Source: Octopus sinensis
Taxonomy: Eukaryota
DNA length: 64,000 nucleotides
Direction of reading: 5' to 3'
Assembly (NCBI RefSeq): GCF_006345805.1
Contig: NC_043021.1
Location: forward strand, 7,564,001-7,628,000
The notes beneath the pieces were generated by a model that saw nothing but the letters and a program-made list of their open reading frames with translations, made no database searches and was not told the DNA's origin. How positions within the stretch are numbered: position 1 is the first letter of the stretch; each line of letters starts with the position of its first letter. This document shows, one piece after another, positions 25,661 to 39,167 of the stretch. The position numbers were made by a program, and so were the translations under genes.

Positions 25661-26487
25661 TGTATGTATGTATGTATATGTATACTGTTTACTCTTTTAC
25701 GTGTTTCAGTCATTTGGCTGTGGCCATGCTGGAGCACCGCCTTTTAGTCGAGCAAATCGACCCCAGGACTTATTCTTTGTAAGCCTAGTACTTATTCTAT
25801 CGGTCTCTTTTGCCGAACCGCTAAGTTACGGGGACGTAAACACACCACCATCGGTTGTCAAGCGATGTTGGGAGGGACAATCACAGACACACAAACATAT
25901 ACACACACACACACACATATATATATATACACATATATACAATGGGCTTCTTTCAGTTATCATCTACCAAATCCACTCACAAGGCTTTGGTCGGCCCAGG
26001 GCTATAAGTAGAAGACACTTGCCCAAGGTGCTACGCAGTAGGACTGAACCCGGAACCATGTGGTTCATAAGTAAGCTACTTACCACACAGCCACTCCTAC
26101 GCCTATATATATATACACATACAAACACACCCTTAAGGACATACATTAATGTATGGAAACAACCGTCCTGTTGCCAGGTATTACTTCGCTAATAAAACTA
26201 GTGTGTGTATGTAATATGCATGTAAAATAAACAACTCAGTCCATGGAATAGGAGTTCATTTATGTGATCAGCACTGATGATTCACACTGTTGCCATTCCG
26301 AGTTTCTTGCATTTGTTGAGTTCCTTCATACAGCAACAGGATGGATGCAATTGTTGAAATTTGGAACACAGTAAATAAACACCCTGCATTTTCATTGGTC
26401 CATTCCAGTAACCGGAAATTATGTGCAAAAGTAAGAAACTTGGAGTAGCAACAGAGTGAGTCAGCTTTATATATATATATATATATA

Positions 26488-26685
26488 CTTTATTTAAAGC
26501 AGCAGAAAATTCAACAAAATTCAACAAAACCTGTTACTCTGAGTTTCCCGTTGCTGATGAACGGGAAACTCAGAGTAACAGGTTTTGTTGAATTTTCTGC
26601 TGCTTTAAATAAAGCATATTACTCTACCACTGGTATTTGAGTACTCTTTTTTCCACCTTGTTTCACATTTATGTGTTTACTCCGG

Positions 26686-26690
<5 letters not shown>
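26488..26690 (+). mobile_element. Fold-back element in (TA)n with hammerhead-like centre (Penelope-like relic)
   Basis: 55-bp inverted arms (left arm has an extra 10-bp duplication); centre CTGATGA-ACGG-GAAAC-TCAGA-GTA; unpaired ~75-bp tail. Confidence 0.7.
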
Positions 26691-26742
<52 letters not shown>

Positions 26743-27023
26743 CTGTGTGTATGTATGTATATTATGTATATACATATAAATGTATACAAGTACATATAAA
26801 TAAACCACACATGTAAATGAACAGATATATTCTCACACACACACATATATATACAGGCGCAGGTATAGGTGTGTAGTAATAATTTTGCTTCCCAACTACC
26901 TGGTTCCAGGTTCAGTCCCACTGCATGACAACTTGGGCAAGTATCTTCTACTATAGTCTTTGGCCAACCAAAGCCGTGTGAGTGGATTTGGTAAACAGAA
27001 ACTAAAAGAATCCCATCATATAG

Positions 27024-27057
<34 letters not shown>

Positions 27058-27961
27058 CTTTGTGTCCGTGTTTGTCCCCCAACTGGTGTTGGTGTGTTTA
27101 TGTCCCTGTAACTCAATGGTTTGGCAAATGTGACTGATAGAATAAGTACGAGGCTTTAAAAAAAAAAAGGGCTGGGGTCGATTTATTCAGCTAAAACAAA
27201 ACGTTCAAAGTGGTGCCCCAGCATGGACACAGTCTGATGACTGAAACAAGAAAAAGAGAAAAGGCATTCACACACATACACACACACACATATATGTATA
27301 CATAGATATATATGCAATGATGAGTGTGTTTGTGTATGTGTCACTGTGTAGTAGTTTAAGATTAGAATAGTCAGGTAGGCTAAGTGATGTGCTAGTCTTA
27401 TCCGGAGGTAGCTACTCCTCTGAGTGACTTGTTTATAATAGTCTAGATGTGTGAGAGAGGGAGTTGAAGAATGCATGCAAGAGCATGTGAGTGAATGAGC
27501 CAATGGGTGTGAATGAAAGAGCCAGTGAGTGTAAAAGTGTGAGTCATCATCATCATCATCATCATCGTTTAACGTCCATTTTCCATGCTAGCATGGGTTG
27601 GATGGTTCGACCAGGGATCTGGGAAGCCAGAAGGCTGCACCAGGCTCCAGTCTGCTCTGGCAGTGTTTCTACAGCTGGATGCCCTTCCTAACGCCAACCA
27701 CTCCATGAGTGTAGTGGGTGCTTTTTACGTGCCACCTGCACAGGGAGCATAATGCACGAGTTGATGAATGTAAATGTGTGTCAGTGAGAGTAAATGCAGG
27801 AGTTGGTCAGCACAAATGTGTGAGTCTGTGAGTATGAATACAGGAGTCAATGAATGTGAATGCATGAGTCAGTGAGTCAGTAAGTATGAGTGTGTGAATC
27901 AGTGAATGTGAATGAATGAGTCAGAATGTGCAAGTGTATATGATAGAATGTGTAAGGGCAT

Positions 27962-28320
27962 GAGTCAGAGTGCATGAGGGTACGAGTCAGAGTGCATGAG
28001 AGTACGAGTCAGAGGGCATGAGGGTACGAGTCAGAGTGCATGAGGGTACGAGTCAGAGTGCATGAGGGTACGAGTCAGAGTGCATGAGGGTACGAGTCAG
28101 AGTGCATGAGGGTACGAGTCAGAGGGCATGAGGGTACGAGTCAGAGGGCATGAGGGTACGAGTCAGAGTGCATGAGGGTACGAGTCAGAGTGCATGAGGG
28201 TACGAGTCAGAGTGTATGAGGGTACGAGTCAGAGTGCATGAGGGTATGAGTCAGAGCGCATGAGGGTACGAGTCAGAGTGCATGAGGGTACGAGTCAGAG
28301 TGCATGAAGGTATGAGTCAA
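27962..28320. repeat. 22-bp minisatellite (GAGTCAGAGTGCATGAGGGTAC), ~16 copies, with diverged units to ~28580
   Basis: Direct period of 22 (27962, 27984, ...); a separate 16-bp repeat GAATATGTCAGTGTRT lies at ~28797-28892. Confidence 0.95.
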
Positions 28321-29576
28321 AGTGAATGAGTGTCAGAGGCAGAGTGCATGAGCCAGTGTGTGTGTGTATGTGTGTGTGCATGCAAATGCATAAGGGAGAG
28401 TATGTAAGGTCATGAACCAGGGTACAGGAGTGTCTGAGTATCTGAGTCAGAGTGCAGGAACATCTAAGTCATGGTGCAGGAGTGCCTGAATCAGGTTGCA
28501 GGAGCACCCGAGTCAGAGTGCAGGAGTGCCCATGTCAGAGTGCAGGAACGTCTGAGTCAGAGTGCTGAAGTGTCTGAGGCAGAACATGTGAGTGTGGGTA
28601 TGTGTGAACGACTTGAGAGGGTGTTCAAATGAGTGAATGTCTTAATGTGTCAGGCTGCGTATGAATACATGAATGAAAGTGTGTGTGTGTGTGTGTAAAT
28701 GAGTCATAGTATTGTGTGAATGAGTCACAGTGTCTGCACCAATGAGTTCAAAGTGTCTATAGAAATGAGTCAGAATATTTGCTATGTCGGTGTATGCATA
28801 TGTCAGTGTATGAATATGTCAGTGTGTGAATATGTCAGTGTGTGAATATGTCAGTGTATGAATATGTCAGTGTATGAATATGTCAGTGTGTGAGTAGGTT
28901 TTTGTGAGTGTGTATATGTGTGTATATTACCATCACTACCACAATCACTTCTATTATTCTTCATATCACCACAATGTTTCTTCCGATATTACCCACCCCA
29001 CTCCCATTACACTGCACACACCTACCCAACCAGTCAAGTCTTCAACAAATCTGTCAGAATCTATTATCATTTGCAAGGTTAACAACCTTAGCAGTTCTCT
29101 CATAATCTAACTAATGGCATGGAATTGGCTAAATTGCTAGAGCAGACAAAATGTCTTGTGGTATTCATATTCTAGTACCTTGAACCCTGATTTCAAATCA
29201 GGCCGAGGTCAAATTTTGCCTTTTCATCTTTCTATGGTCAATAAATAAAATGCCAGTCTTGAGTCATGGATTTGTGGAAATGTTAGAACATCAGAGAAGA
29301 AGCCTTATGGCATTTATTCAGGATCTTTGTATTCTAAGTTTATATTCTACTGTGGAGAAGGATGTGCCTAAGAGCTCTACCGTTACAGTTTTTTCCAGAA
29401 ATAGCACATGAGATTGTATGAATGAATAAATGAATGAATGACCCAAACAAAAATTTTTTAATAAAAATAATAATAATAATAATAATGGTTTCAAATTTTG
29501 GCACAAGGCCAGCAATTTCGGAGGAGCGAATAAGTCAATTACATCAACTCCAGTGCTCAACTGGTATTTATTTTAT

Positions 29577-29810
29577 AAAGGTGGTGAGTTGGCAGATTCG
29601 TTAGCACGCCGGGTGAAATGCTTAGTGGTATTTCGTCTGCCGCTACATTCTGAGTTCAAATTCCGCCGAGGTCGACTTTGCCTTTCATCCTTTTGGGGTC
29701 GATTAAATAAGTACCAGTTACGCACTGGGGTCGATATAATCGACTTAATCCGTTTGTCTGTCCTTGTTTGTCCTCTCTGTGTTTAGCCCTTTGTGGGTAG
29801 TAAAGAAATA
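29577..29810 (+). mobile_element. SINE family B with 14-bp TSD, nested in an antiparallel related SINE (~29484-29948)
   Basis: TSD GGTATTTATTTTAT at 29563-29576 and 29811-29824; core GTCGACTTTGCCTTTCATCCTTT.GGGGTCGAT; the host element resumes after the TSD. Confidence 0.9.
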
Positions 29811-30649
29811 GGTATTTATTTTATCAACCCTGAAAGGATGAAAAGGCAAAGTCAACCTCAGCAGAATGTTAACTCAGAACATAAAGATGGATGAAATTCC
29901 ATAAAGCATTTGCCCAGCATCCTAACAATTCTGCCAGCTCACTGCCTTGATGACGATGATGATGATGTGTTGCATATTTTAAAAAATCTTAAGTTCTTTC
30001 TCATTTTCAAAATTATTTGAACATATTTGAATATGTAAAAATGTTACAGGTAAGATTACACCTATGAGAATTTTTTTTTTTTTTTAATAAACAATGTATT
30101 TTTTCCATTTCTTATCAGCTTTTAATCCATTTCTCAAGCTCTCATACATCAAGTTTGGTTTTAACTTCTCTGATTTCTTGACAGCATTTAAGTAAATATG
30201 TAAAAATCTCTTGATAAGTGAAACAGGCAGGGCAATATTATTTGAGTTAATGATATTGTTACCTTTAACAATCCAACTGTGAAAATAGTTACAGTTGCAG
30301 TAACATTTTTTTTTCTTTTTTGCTTTGAGGTAGTGATGTTCTTTTTCAACAAAAATGAGAAACAGAAGATCTTCAAGAAAATGCCATTGACCTATAAAAC
30401 CTTTTGTCTTCTAACATTTAATACATTAAAACATCAAGTCCACAGACATGCTACCTCCCCTCTCTCTCTTTCTTACTCTCTGTCTTTGCCGTTTCTATTT
30501 CTACTGCAATCACTATCCTCCTTGGAACTGGATGGTTGCATCACACATCTACTGAAGCACTCCTGATTCATTTATCTTTCCATCAACCATATTATAACTA
30601 TCCCCCACTCACCAAGTTCTGCACTATCCCTTAATCCAACCCTTCCTTG

Positions 30650-31023
30650 TTTCCCTGGGCATGGATTCACTGAAGCTCCGGCGTCTGGTGACGGACTTGG
30701 TAAACACCCACAAAGTTATCAACCACCTCACCAACAACAACACTGAACACCTTTTTGATCTCCATGTGTCTAACACACGTGGACATGCCTACAAAGTCAG
30801 AAAACAGCACAGCTCCCATGACTTTCGGAAACATTTTTTCATGCTCAGAGTTGCTGAAGCATGGAATAAACTGCCTGCGTCAGTTGTTGACTGCCATGAC
30901 ACTGCATCCTTTAAGGCCCTCATGCTTTCCGAAATCCGCCGAAACTACACCTGATTATATATACACTTTAGATGAATTGTAGTGCACCTGAGCACTGTAC
31001 ACAATTATTATTATTATTATTAT
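30650..31023 (+). mobile_element. CR1/L2-type LINE 3' end
   Basis: SLKLRRLVTDL...TRGHAYKV...RKHFFMLRVAEAWNKLPASVV...SFK is a typical CR1 ORF2 C-terminus; short 3'UTR and (ATT)n tail. Confidence 0.85.
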
Positions 31024-31278
31024 TCCTTGCCAAAACATCATCCATTCCTCTTGAATTCTCTCCCTGCATCCTACATCCATTAATTCTTACTTTCTGAAGA
31101 GGAAGATTCTTAACTATTTGAGCTCACCTATGTGGGAGAGCAAGTGAAGGTCATATGTACAGGGCCATCCTCCAGACTAAACAAAGATTTTCTTTATCAT
31201 TGGAAATAACCCCTCATGTTATTTCTGATCTTACTTTAACTTTGACCTTTTAATTCATGCATGAAAAATGATATTTAA

Positions 31279-31499
31279 CCCTTTTGTTACTGTATTTATT
31301 TTGAGATGCTCTGTGTTTCTTTTAATTACTTTAGATATAACAAAGAATTTAGTAAAATAACTTATTTATCATTAAACTAGTGTTAGGAATATAAATTGTG
31401 ACTAAGGTTTGGTGGTGTATTCTAATGCAAAACTTATGAAAACAAGACATTTGTACTACAGAGCCAGAGCCGATTTTGGCCGGGTTGGTAACAAAAGGG
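31279..31499. mobile_element. piggyBac-type MITE family 2 copy
   Basis: TTAA|CCCTTTTGTTAC...GTAACAAAAGGG|TTAA, a perfect 12-bp TIR. Confidence 0.85.
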
Positions 31500-32549
31500 T
31501 TAAATGATTGTTCTCTTAGATGTAATATGGTTCAAATAAATGACCTTCAGGTCAGCAAATTAGCATTTTAATTTCATGGCTACCACTGTGTCAGAATAGA
31601 AAATTCTTTTAAAAGCACCCTCTGGATCTATGATACAAACTTCTTGTTTTAAATTAAATCATTCATCAAAATTTTATGTTATGCCCCAGACACTATTTTA
31701 ATAATGACACAGTTATGTTATTAAATTCCTTGTTATTTACAAAATTAATTGAAGAAAAGGCAGCGTGCCACAACAGAAATATGGCAACAAAAGTGTTAAG
31801 TGATTTAAATGAAAAATATCCATAAAAATTTTATGCTAATTTACATTCCAGATGCCACCTTAATAATAACAAAGGTTATTTTAATTAGATCCTTCATTAT
31901 TTTCAAAATGAATTGAACCAAAGACAGTATACACCAATAGGAATATGGTAACAACATATTCTTTTATTTGTTTCGGTCATTTGACAGCAGCCATGCTGGA
32001 GCACTGCCTTTAGTCGAGCAAATCGACCCTAGGACTTATTCTTTGAAAGCCTAGTAATTATTCTATCGGTCTTTCTTGCCGAACCGCAAAGTGACAGGGA
32101 TGTAAACACACCAGCATCGGTTGTCAAGCGATGTTGGGGGGGACAAACACAGACACACAAACATATACATACACACATACACATATATGATGGGCTTCTT
32201 TCAGTTTCTGTCCACCAAATCCACTCACAAGGCTTTTGGTCAGCCTGAGACTATAGTAGAAGACACTTGCCCAAGGTGCCATGCAGTGGGACAGAACCCG
32301 GAACAATGTGGTTGGTAAGCAAGCTACTTACCACACAACCACTCCTGCGCCATCTACATAACCACTTAACACCCCTTAAATCAGATCCTATCATTTTAAA
32401 TAAATTAAGAACATGTTACACAATTTGGCTTAAGATTTTTAAAAAATAGTCGTAACTAGACAATTTTGATCACACATTCTTGCTCAATCAGAGCTGCCCA
32501 GGAGCTAAATAATAAAATCTTTTTAAATACAAACATAGCTAATACAAAC

Positions 32550-32661
32550 CTTTTCTCCAACCATTTTAGTGGCTTGGTCAAGTTTTTTCTGGGTGAATAT
32601 AATGGTAAAAACAGCATGTGAACGGCTGCTGGTTTCGTTCATGTTTGTAGCGGCAACGGTC
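32550..32661 (-). CDS. unc-104: unc-104/KIF1A-like coding exon 6, switch I ([24 protein letters not shown]...EK)
   Basis: 112 nt; CTTCAG acceptor, GTTTGT donor; SSRSH motif. Confidence 0.97.
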
Positions 32662-34585
32662 CTGAAGATTAGGAAATACAAAGGAAAATAGAAAAGAAAT
32701 TGAATAAAATTTCTTAGAAATAATTCAAATGAAATTAGAAAAAAAATATGCATGAAATATTTATTTTATTCACACAATAAGAATCTAAAGAGGCAGGAAA
32801 ATATTGTTTGACCAAAACTTCTGTATAGTATGGCATGGTTGGCTTGAACAAATCAATGAATATCTTTATGTTAAGTTCTCAGATAAATACATCTCTCCTG
32901 TCCTCATCATCAACATTGTCTCTCTTTCCAACTACTCCTACACATCTTTATATAATGTGGGGTAACCATATGAAGGTGCGTAGCTTAGTGGTTAGGGTAT
33001 TTGGCTTTGGTCATAAGGCTGTAAGTTCAATTCCCAGCAGTGCAATGTGTCCTTGAGCAAGATACTTTATTTCATGTTGCTCCAATCCACTCAACTGGCA
33101 AAAGTGAATAGTGTCATGCCAAATCTCCCCTGAGAACTACATTAATTCATCCCTAATTACCATTTTTATTACAATATACGAAGCTAATTACCCAAAACAT
33201 TAACTTAATTATAATCTCACATTTTTTTTATTCATTATTTTCTTTTTACCTCACATTAACGATTCATTATCTTTATTTTAATGTCTCTCCCCTTGTTGCT
33301 ATGGGTTGAATAGGTTTACAATAAATTTCTTCACATCTCAACTGTGAAAACCAATTTTCTCAGATCATACACAGATTGCCTTTCTCTCCACATTTTTTAT
33401 TTATCTACAATCTACAAGAACCACAAGTGCTTCTCTTCCCTGCCATATCACATTTTGTTTCCTCCTAATTTATACTATCTGCTCACCTTACACAGCCATT
33501 TGCCATGCCAGTAAACACAAGTCAATATATTTAAAGAGAGAGACAACTGAGTGTGGCTGTTTGGATGCTGAGAATTTGGCAGGACTGACTGGATATTGAA
33601 CCTCTTTTGGCGACAGCACATTTTGGCATTGTAGGTAAACACACATACAAGCACACAGAAACAGACACATACAGTGAAAGAGAGAGATAGAGAGAGATAA
33701 CAATTTATTAACGTAAAAGCACCATCCGTTCGTGGCCGTTTGCCAGCTCCGTCTGGCACCTGTGCGGGTGGCACGTAAAAAGCACCCACTACACTCGTGG
33801 AGTGGTTGGCGTTAGGAAGGGCATCCAGCCATAGAAACATTGCCAGATCAGACTGGGCCTGATGCAGCCTTCTGGCTTCACAGACCCCAGTTGAACCGTC
33901 CAACCCATGCTAGCATGGAAAACGGACGCTAAATGATGATGATGATCATCATCATCATCATTTAACGTCCATTTTCAATGCTGGTATAGGCTGGATGGTT
34001 TGACAGAACTGGTAAGCCGGGGAGCTGCACCAGGTTCCAATCTAATTTCGATGCCTTTCCTAACACCAACCCCTCTAAGAGTGCAGTGGGTGCTTTTTAT
34101 ATGCCACTGGCATGGGTGCCAGTTATGGGACACCGGCATTGGCCATGACTACGGTCTCACTTGGCTTGGCAAGTCTTCTCAAGCATGGTATATCACCAAA
34201 GGTCCTGGTCACCTGTTACTGCCTCTGTGAGGCTCAACATTCGAACGGTGCTTTGTACATACCACCGGCACAGAATATCCCAAAACTCAAGCACATAGAT
34301 AAATATGCTCAAATACTTTTAAACAAAGGATAAAAATGAGAGAAATTTTAAAACAAGTGAAACATTAAAACATCTGATGCCAAATAAACCACCATTGAAT
34401 CAGTGACACCAAACAGTATCATCAAAACAGCTGTGCCAAAATGTCACATATCCATACATTTGATACCCAGTCACTTCTTAAACCAGTTTCCAGGTCAGCC
34501 ATTTGCATAAATAAATTTTGTACAAACAAAGAACATAATCCACTCATTTGGCCCGAAAAGAAATAGGAAGACTTTCCTAACTTAC

Positions 34586-34764
34586 CTGGCTTTGTTGCCT
34601 TCATCGATGAGTTTTCCGATGTCTTCAAAAGATTGTACGGCCAATTTAGAAAGGTCCTCGACATATGGACCTAATAATGGATGTTCTCTCACGCGAAGGT
34701 TGTTTTTGTTACTGGGGTTCAAAAGATCCCGTACACGCTCACAGTAAATTTCCATGTAGCTGAC
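34586..34764 (-). CDS. unc-104: unc-104/KIF1A-like coding exon 5 ([17 protein letters not shown]...[21 protein letters not shown]...GNKAR)
   Basis: Translated by hand. 179 nt; TTTAG acceptor, GTAAG donor; canonical kinesin-3 motifs. Confidence 0.97.
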
Positions 34765-35214
34765 CTAAATTACAAAAACCAGAAAAAAAGCATGTAGTTT
34801 GTTGTTGTTGTTATTATTATTATTATTATGCTGGCACAATTATTAGCACACCAAACAAAATGCTCAGTAGCATTTCATCAGTCTCTACATTCTGAGTTCA
34901 AACTTCAACAAAGTCAACTTATCCTTTCAAGATCAATGAGATAAGTACCAGTTGAACAATGGGGTCAATGTAATCAACCAATCTCCTCCTGCAAAATTTC
35001 AGGCCTTCTGCCTTCAAAAGATAACATTATTATTATTATTGTTATTATTATTGAATGAGAGAGCAGTGCATGCCTTCAAAGTGACACTGGGGTAAAATGT
35101 ACGAAGCCCAGTATACCCATCATGACTACTGTCTGATAAGGGTACACCAGGCACATGCATCATAACCATATGTGCACGACATGATGATCTCATATCAAGA
35201 TTAACAGCTTCCAA

Positions 35215-35735
35215 CTCTACTCTAAATAAATGATTCCTGCATCAGAAGAATATTGTAACAAGTCTTGTTCACTATTTACCAAATACTCTGTCATGTTTCT
35301 TCTTTCAATGTTAATGCACACGTGTACACTTATCAGGCCAAGTCCACCTTTAGCCCTCTTCATGTACAGCCTGTATAAGTTTGTATAAGTTTGCCTGAGG
35401 ATGAAGGGAAACATGCATTGCCATCATCTTTCAAGTAATGCTCTCAAGTTGGTCAGTCTCTGCTCATGTCCATTTCAGAACAGATGCACTATAGCAAACT
35501 ACAGTGATAGCCCATATGTTGATGCCAGTCACAAGTTTCCTTGCATTGAGTTTTGACTTCAAGAGAAGTTTGAGGCACTTCAAATATGCAGTGGTGACCT
35601 TGTCTTTCATTTCTCTGTGCAAGATATTGTCCAGCTCTAGGGTCCCAAGGTGCTTGTACCCACCATCATCCAGGTTTCCCATCCACTCTCTGTTTGGCAG
35701 TTCTATGCCTCTACACTCGACTCTTTTCCCACATT
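35215..35735 (-). mobile_element. R4/Dong-like RT thumb fragment (degenerate)
   Basis: YKHLG...LLKSKLNARKLVTGINIWAITVVCYSASVLKWT and RLYMKRAKGGLGLISV; adjacent (TAA)n tract. Confidence 0.8.
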
Positions 35736-37072
35736 TTAACTATTATTATCATTATTATTATTACTATTATTATTAACCCTTTTGTTACCAACCTGGCTGA
35801 AACCAGCTCTGGCTCTAAGTACAAATGTTTTGTTACCATAAGTCTTGAATTAAAATCTTCCACCAAACTTTAGTCACAATTTATGTTCCTAACACTAGCT
35901 TATTTTACTAAATTCTTTGTTATATTTAAAGTAATTGAAAGAAACACAGAGCATCTTAAAATAAATACAATAATGAAAGGGTAAAGGTGGTGAGCTGACA
36001 GGCTCATTAGCATGCCAGGTGAAATACTTAGCAGTATTTCATCTGCTGCTACATTCTGAGTTCAAATTCCACCGAGATCGACTTTGCCTTTTATCTGGGA
36101 GTCAATAAAATAAGTACCAGTTGAACACTGGGGTTGATGTAATAGACTCCTCCCCACCTCTAAAATTGCTGCCCTTGTGGCAAAATTTGAAACCCTTATT
36201 ATTATTATTATTATTATTATTATAGTATGCTAATACTATATGTAATAAAAGTGTGCAGAGCCTGGCCATGCTATTTTCTGTTTGAGTATAAGTCATGAGT
36301 TTTTTTGGTTTCTTTTTTTTGTCTAAATTTATTGAAAAATAATTCCCACCGAACCAATTATTGCCATTTTCAATTCCTCCATTCTAGTTGTCTCTATTTC
36401 CCAAAATATTTATTTATACTTGGATAATTCCTCCATTCCTTTTTTGTAGATACTTTATCATCTGTTGGAACTGATACTCTTAACGGGAGACTTTAATTTC
36501 CTGACAGACCTTGATGACAAGATCTGTTTGATTTCCTTTGAGATCTTTCAATTTACCTTAATCTTCCTTTATTATCATTATTATCAATATATACACCCAA
36601 ACGTTAAGAGCAGTCTTAAACATATCTTGGAGAACTTATGAGCGATGGCTAGAAGGATATTGAGTTTAACTTTATAACCAGCTGATCTAGCAAGCGGGGC
36701 CTCATATCAGTGAGGGGAGCTGGTGCGCATTGATGCCGTCGAGAGGTAGGCCCCGAAACGGCGCGCATTCTCTCCTGATGACCCCATACACTTGCTGGCT
36801 TCCGGTATATGGAGCTTTCAACTGGTAGCACTTACATCTGCAAGTTGTTTGTAAAACATCTAACCTTATTCCATGCTAATTCTCTGAAATCCTATATAGT
36901 CCTTTAGTCGTACAAACATTCGTTTTGACTGTAGCGGTTAGCCCGTTCAGCTGATAATGTTTCATAAAACCAAAGCATGTCTTCAATTACCTCCACACTC
37001 ATAAACTTACTCCTTACTCCATTCTCTCCTGATGACCCCATACACTTGCTGGCTTCCGGTATACGGAGCTTT

Positions 37073-37305
37073 AAGGCGGAGGGCTGGCAGAAACGTTAAC
37101 ACATCGGGCGAAATGCTTAGCGGTATTTCATCTGCCGTTACGTTCTGAGTTCAAATTCCGCCGAGGTCGACTTTACCTTTCATCCTTTCGGGGTCGATAA
37201 ATTAAGTACCAGTTATGCACTGGGGTCGATGTAATCAACTTAATACCTATGTCTGTCCTTGTTTGTCCCCTCTGTGTTTAGCCCCTTGTGGGTAATAAAG
37301 AAATA
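37073..37305 (+). mobile_element. SINE family B with 15-bp TSD
   Basis: TSD GGTATACGGAGCTTT at 37058-37072 and 37306-37320. Further related copies at ~11460-11675, 18170-18590, 20503-20660, 20745-20945, 35985-36195, 48315-48530. Confidence 0.9.
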
Positions 37306-37389
37306 GGTATACGGAGCTTTTGACTGGTAGCACTTGCATGTGCAAGTTGTTTGCAAGACACCACAAGGAAACAGCTGTATGGAGATCTC

Positions 37390-37560
37390 CTGCCTGTTTC
37401 CACCAATAAAAGGGGAAAGGCGCTTACAGTTTATGGGACATTCTTGGCAAACTAAACAAGAGCTGGCAAGTGACCAACTGCTATGGATGTCAAAGCATGA
37501 CCATACTCGAACTGGTCGTATGAGCATAACGTATGCAAATCAATATGTACTAGAACAGAA
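37390..37560 (+). mobile_element. RTE-like LINE ORF C-terminal fragment
   Basis: RRLQFMGHSWQTKQELASDQLLWMSKHDHTRTGR resembles the RTE RRLxxAGH...LLW...GR motif. Confidence 0.65.
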
Positions 37561-37757
37561 AGATTCAATGATGGTGATGATCTGCTTGTATTGATGTGTG
37601 TGTATGTGTGTGTGTGTCTGCATGTTAGTATTGCTAAGAACGTGTGCATTTATATACATGTGTTGCTGTGGTGGTGGTTGTTGTTATTAGTAGTAGTAGT
37701 AGTGCTTGGCTCCAAATCAGCATGATTCAACAGACCACTAATAAAAGATGCCCCAAA

Positions 37758-37807
<50 letters not shown>

Positions 37808-38044
37808 CACATATATATATATATATATATATACATACATATACACATATATATACATATATATATACATATACATACATATACACACATATATATATAC
37901 ACACACACATATATATATGAGTATACGCATAGTTGCATATTATGTACGTGTGTGTGTGTATATATACATATATAGACACACAATGTCTATATACGACAGA
38001 TAGATACATATATATATATGTGCATCTGTAGATATGTGTGTGTC

Positions 38045-38089
<45 letters not shown>

Positions 38090-39124
38090 TATATATATAT
38101 ACATATACACACACACACACACACAAACACAGAGTACACATATTCTTTTTAATTGCAAAACATTTAAAATGCTGTGATATATATATATATTGGAGTATCC
38201 TTCCACATCTCCTTCCCACCCATTCAAAACCATCCATTCACACACACACACACACATTCATTCTTCCATGCTCTACTTTCAACAATTGCTTCACATTCAT
38301 TTCCCCCACCCCACACCAACATACATACATCGCCATGTCTTCATTACTATCAACATTCTTTAAGTCAGTGATCAATACCTACTTTGAATTCTGTAGTACT
38401 ACAATAGCTCACAGAGACCAAAGCACTCAGAGATATTAGCATCACTTTGGTACATTCTGTACTCTTTAGTTTCTGTGTTAATCTTTTTTTCTCTTGGATT
38501 GTAACAATCGTCTACAGATTTCTGGTGTCTAAGAACCTGCACATAAGTACCTCTAAAAATCACTGATACAGAAAAATATAAAACACACATCAGCATTACT
38601 CTTTTATCTCTTTTACTCTTTTACTTGTTTCAGTCATTTGACTGCGGCCATGCTGGAGCACCGCCTTTAGTCGAGCATGTGTGGAGTATATATTAATCAG
38701 TCCAATGGTACACACAGAAGACACATGTCTAATGTGCTACCCAGTGAGATAAAACTGGAGACCATGTGGTAACAAAATGGACTCCTAACCCACATAAACC
38801 ATGCTTAACAATTTTCAACTATGCTTTGCTTCATTCCACAGCGGCTAAAATATTTTTCATTATTCAAGGGTTAATTAAACAATTCATCATCGAGTAGTTA
38901 ATGAAAACATTTTCAATCATTTCATCTTTTACGTGTTTCAGTTATTAGACAGCAGCCATGTTGGGGCACTGTCTTGAAGAACTTTTAGTCAGATGAATTG
39001 ATCCCAGAATATTTTTTTTTTTTAAATCCAGGTACTTATTCTATTGGTTCCTTTTTGCCAAACCACTAAGTTACAGGGACGTGAAGACATCAACGCAAAT
39101 TGTCAAGTGGTTTGAGGAGCAAAT

Positions 39125-39167
<43 letters not shown>

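Noticed and set aside
27962-28320. Regular 22-bp repeats as a CRISPR array
   Set aside because: Head-to-tail units with no unique spacers, no cas genes, and a eukaryotic intron context.
13860-35735. Three R4/Dong-like pieces as one fragmented element
   Set aside because: Their order on the minus strand (thumb, RT N-terminus, C-terminus) is not colinear and real exons lie between them, so they are independent insertions.
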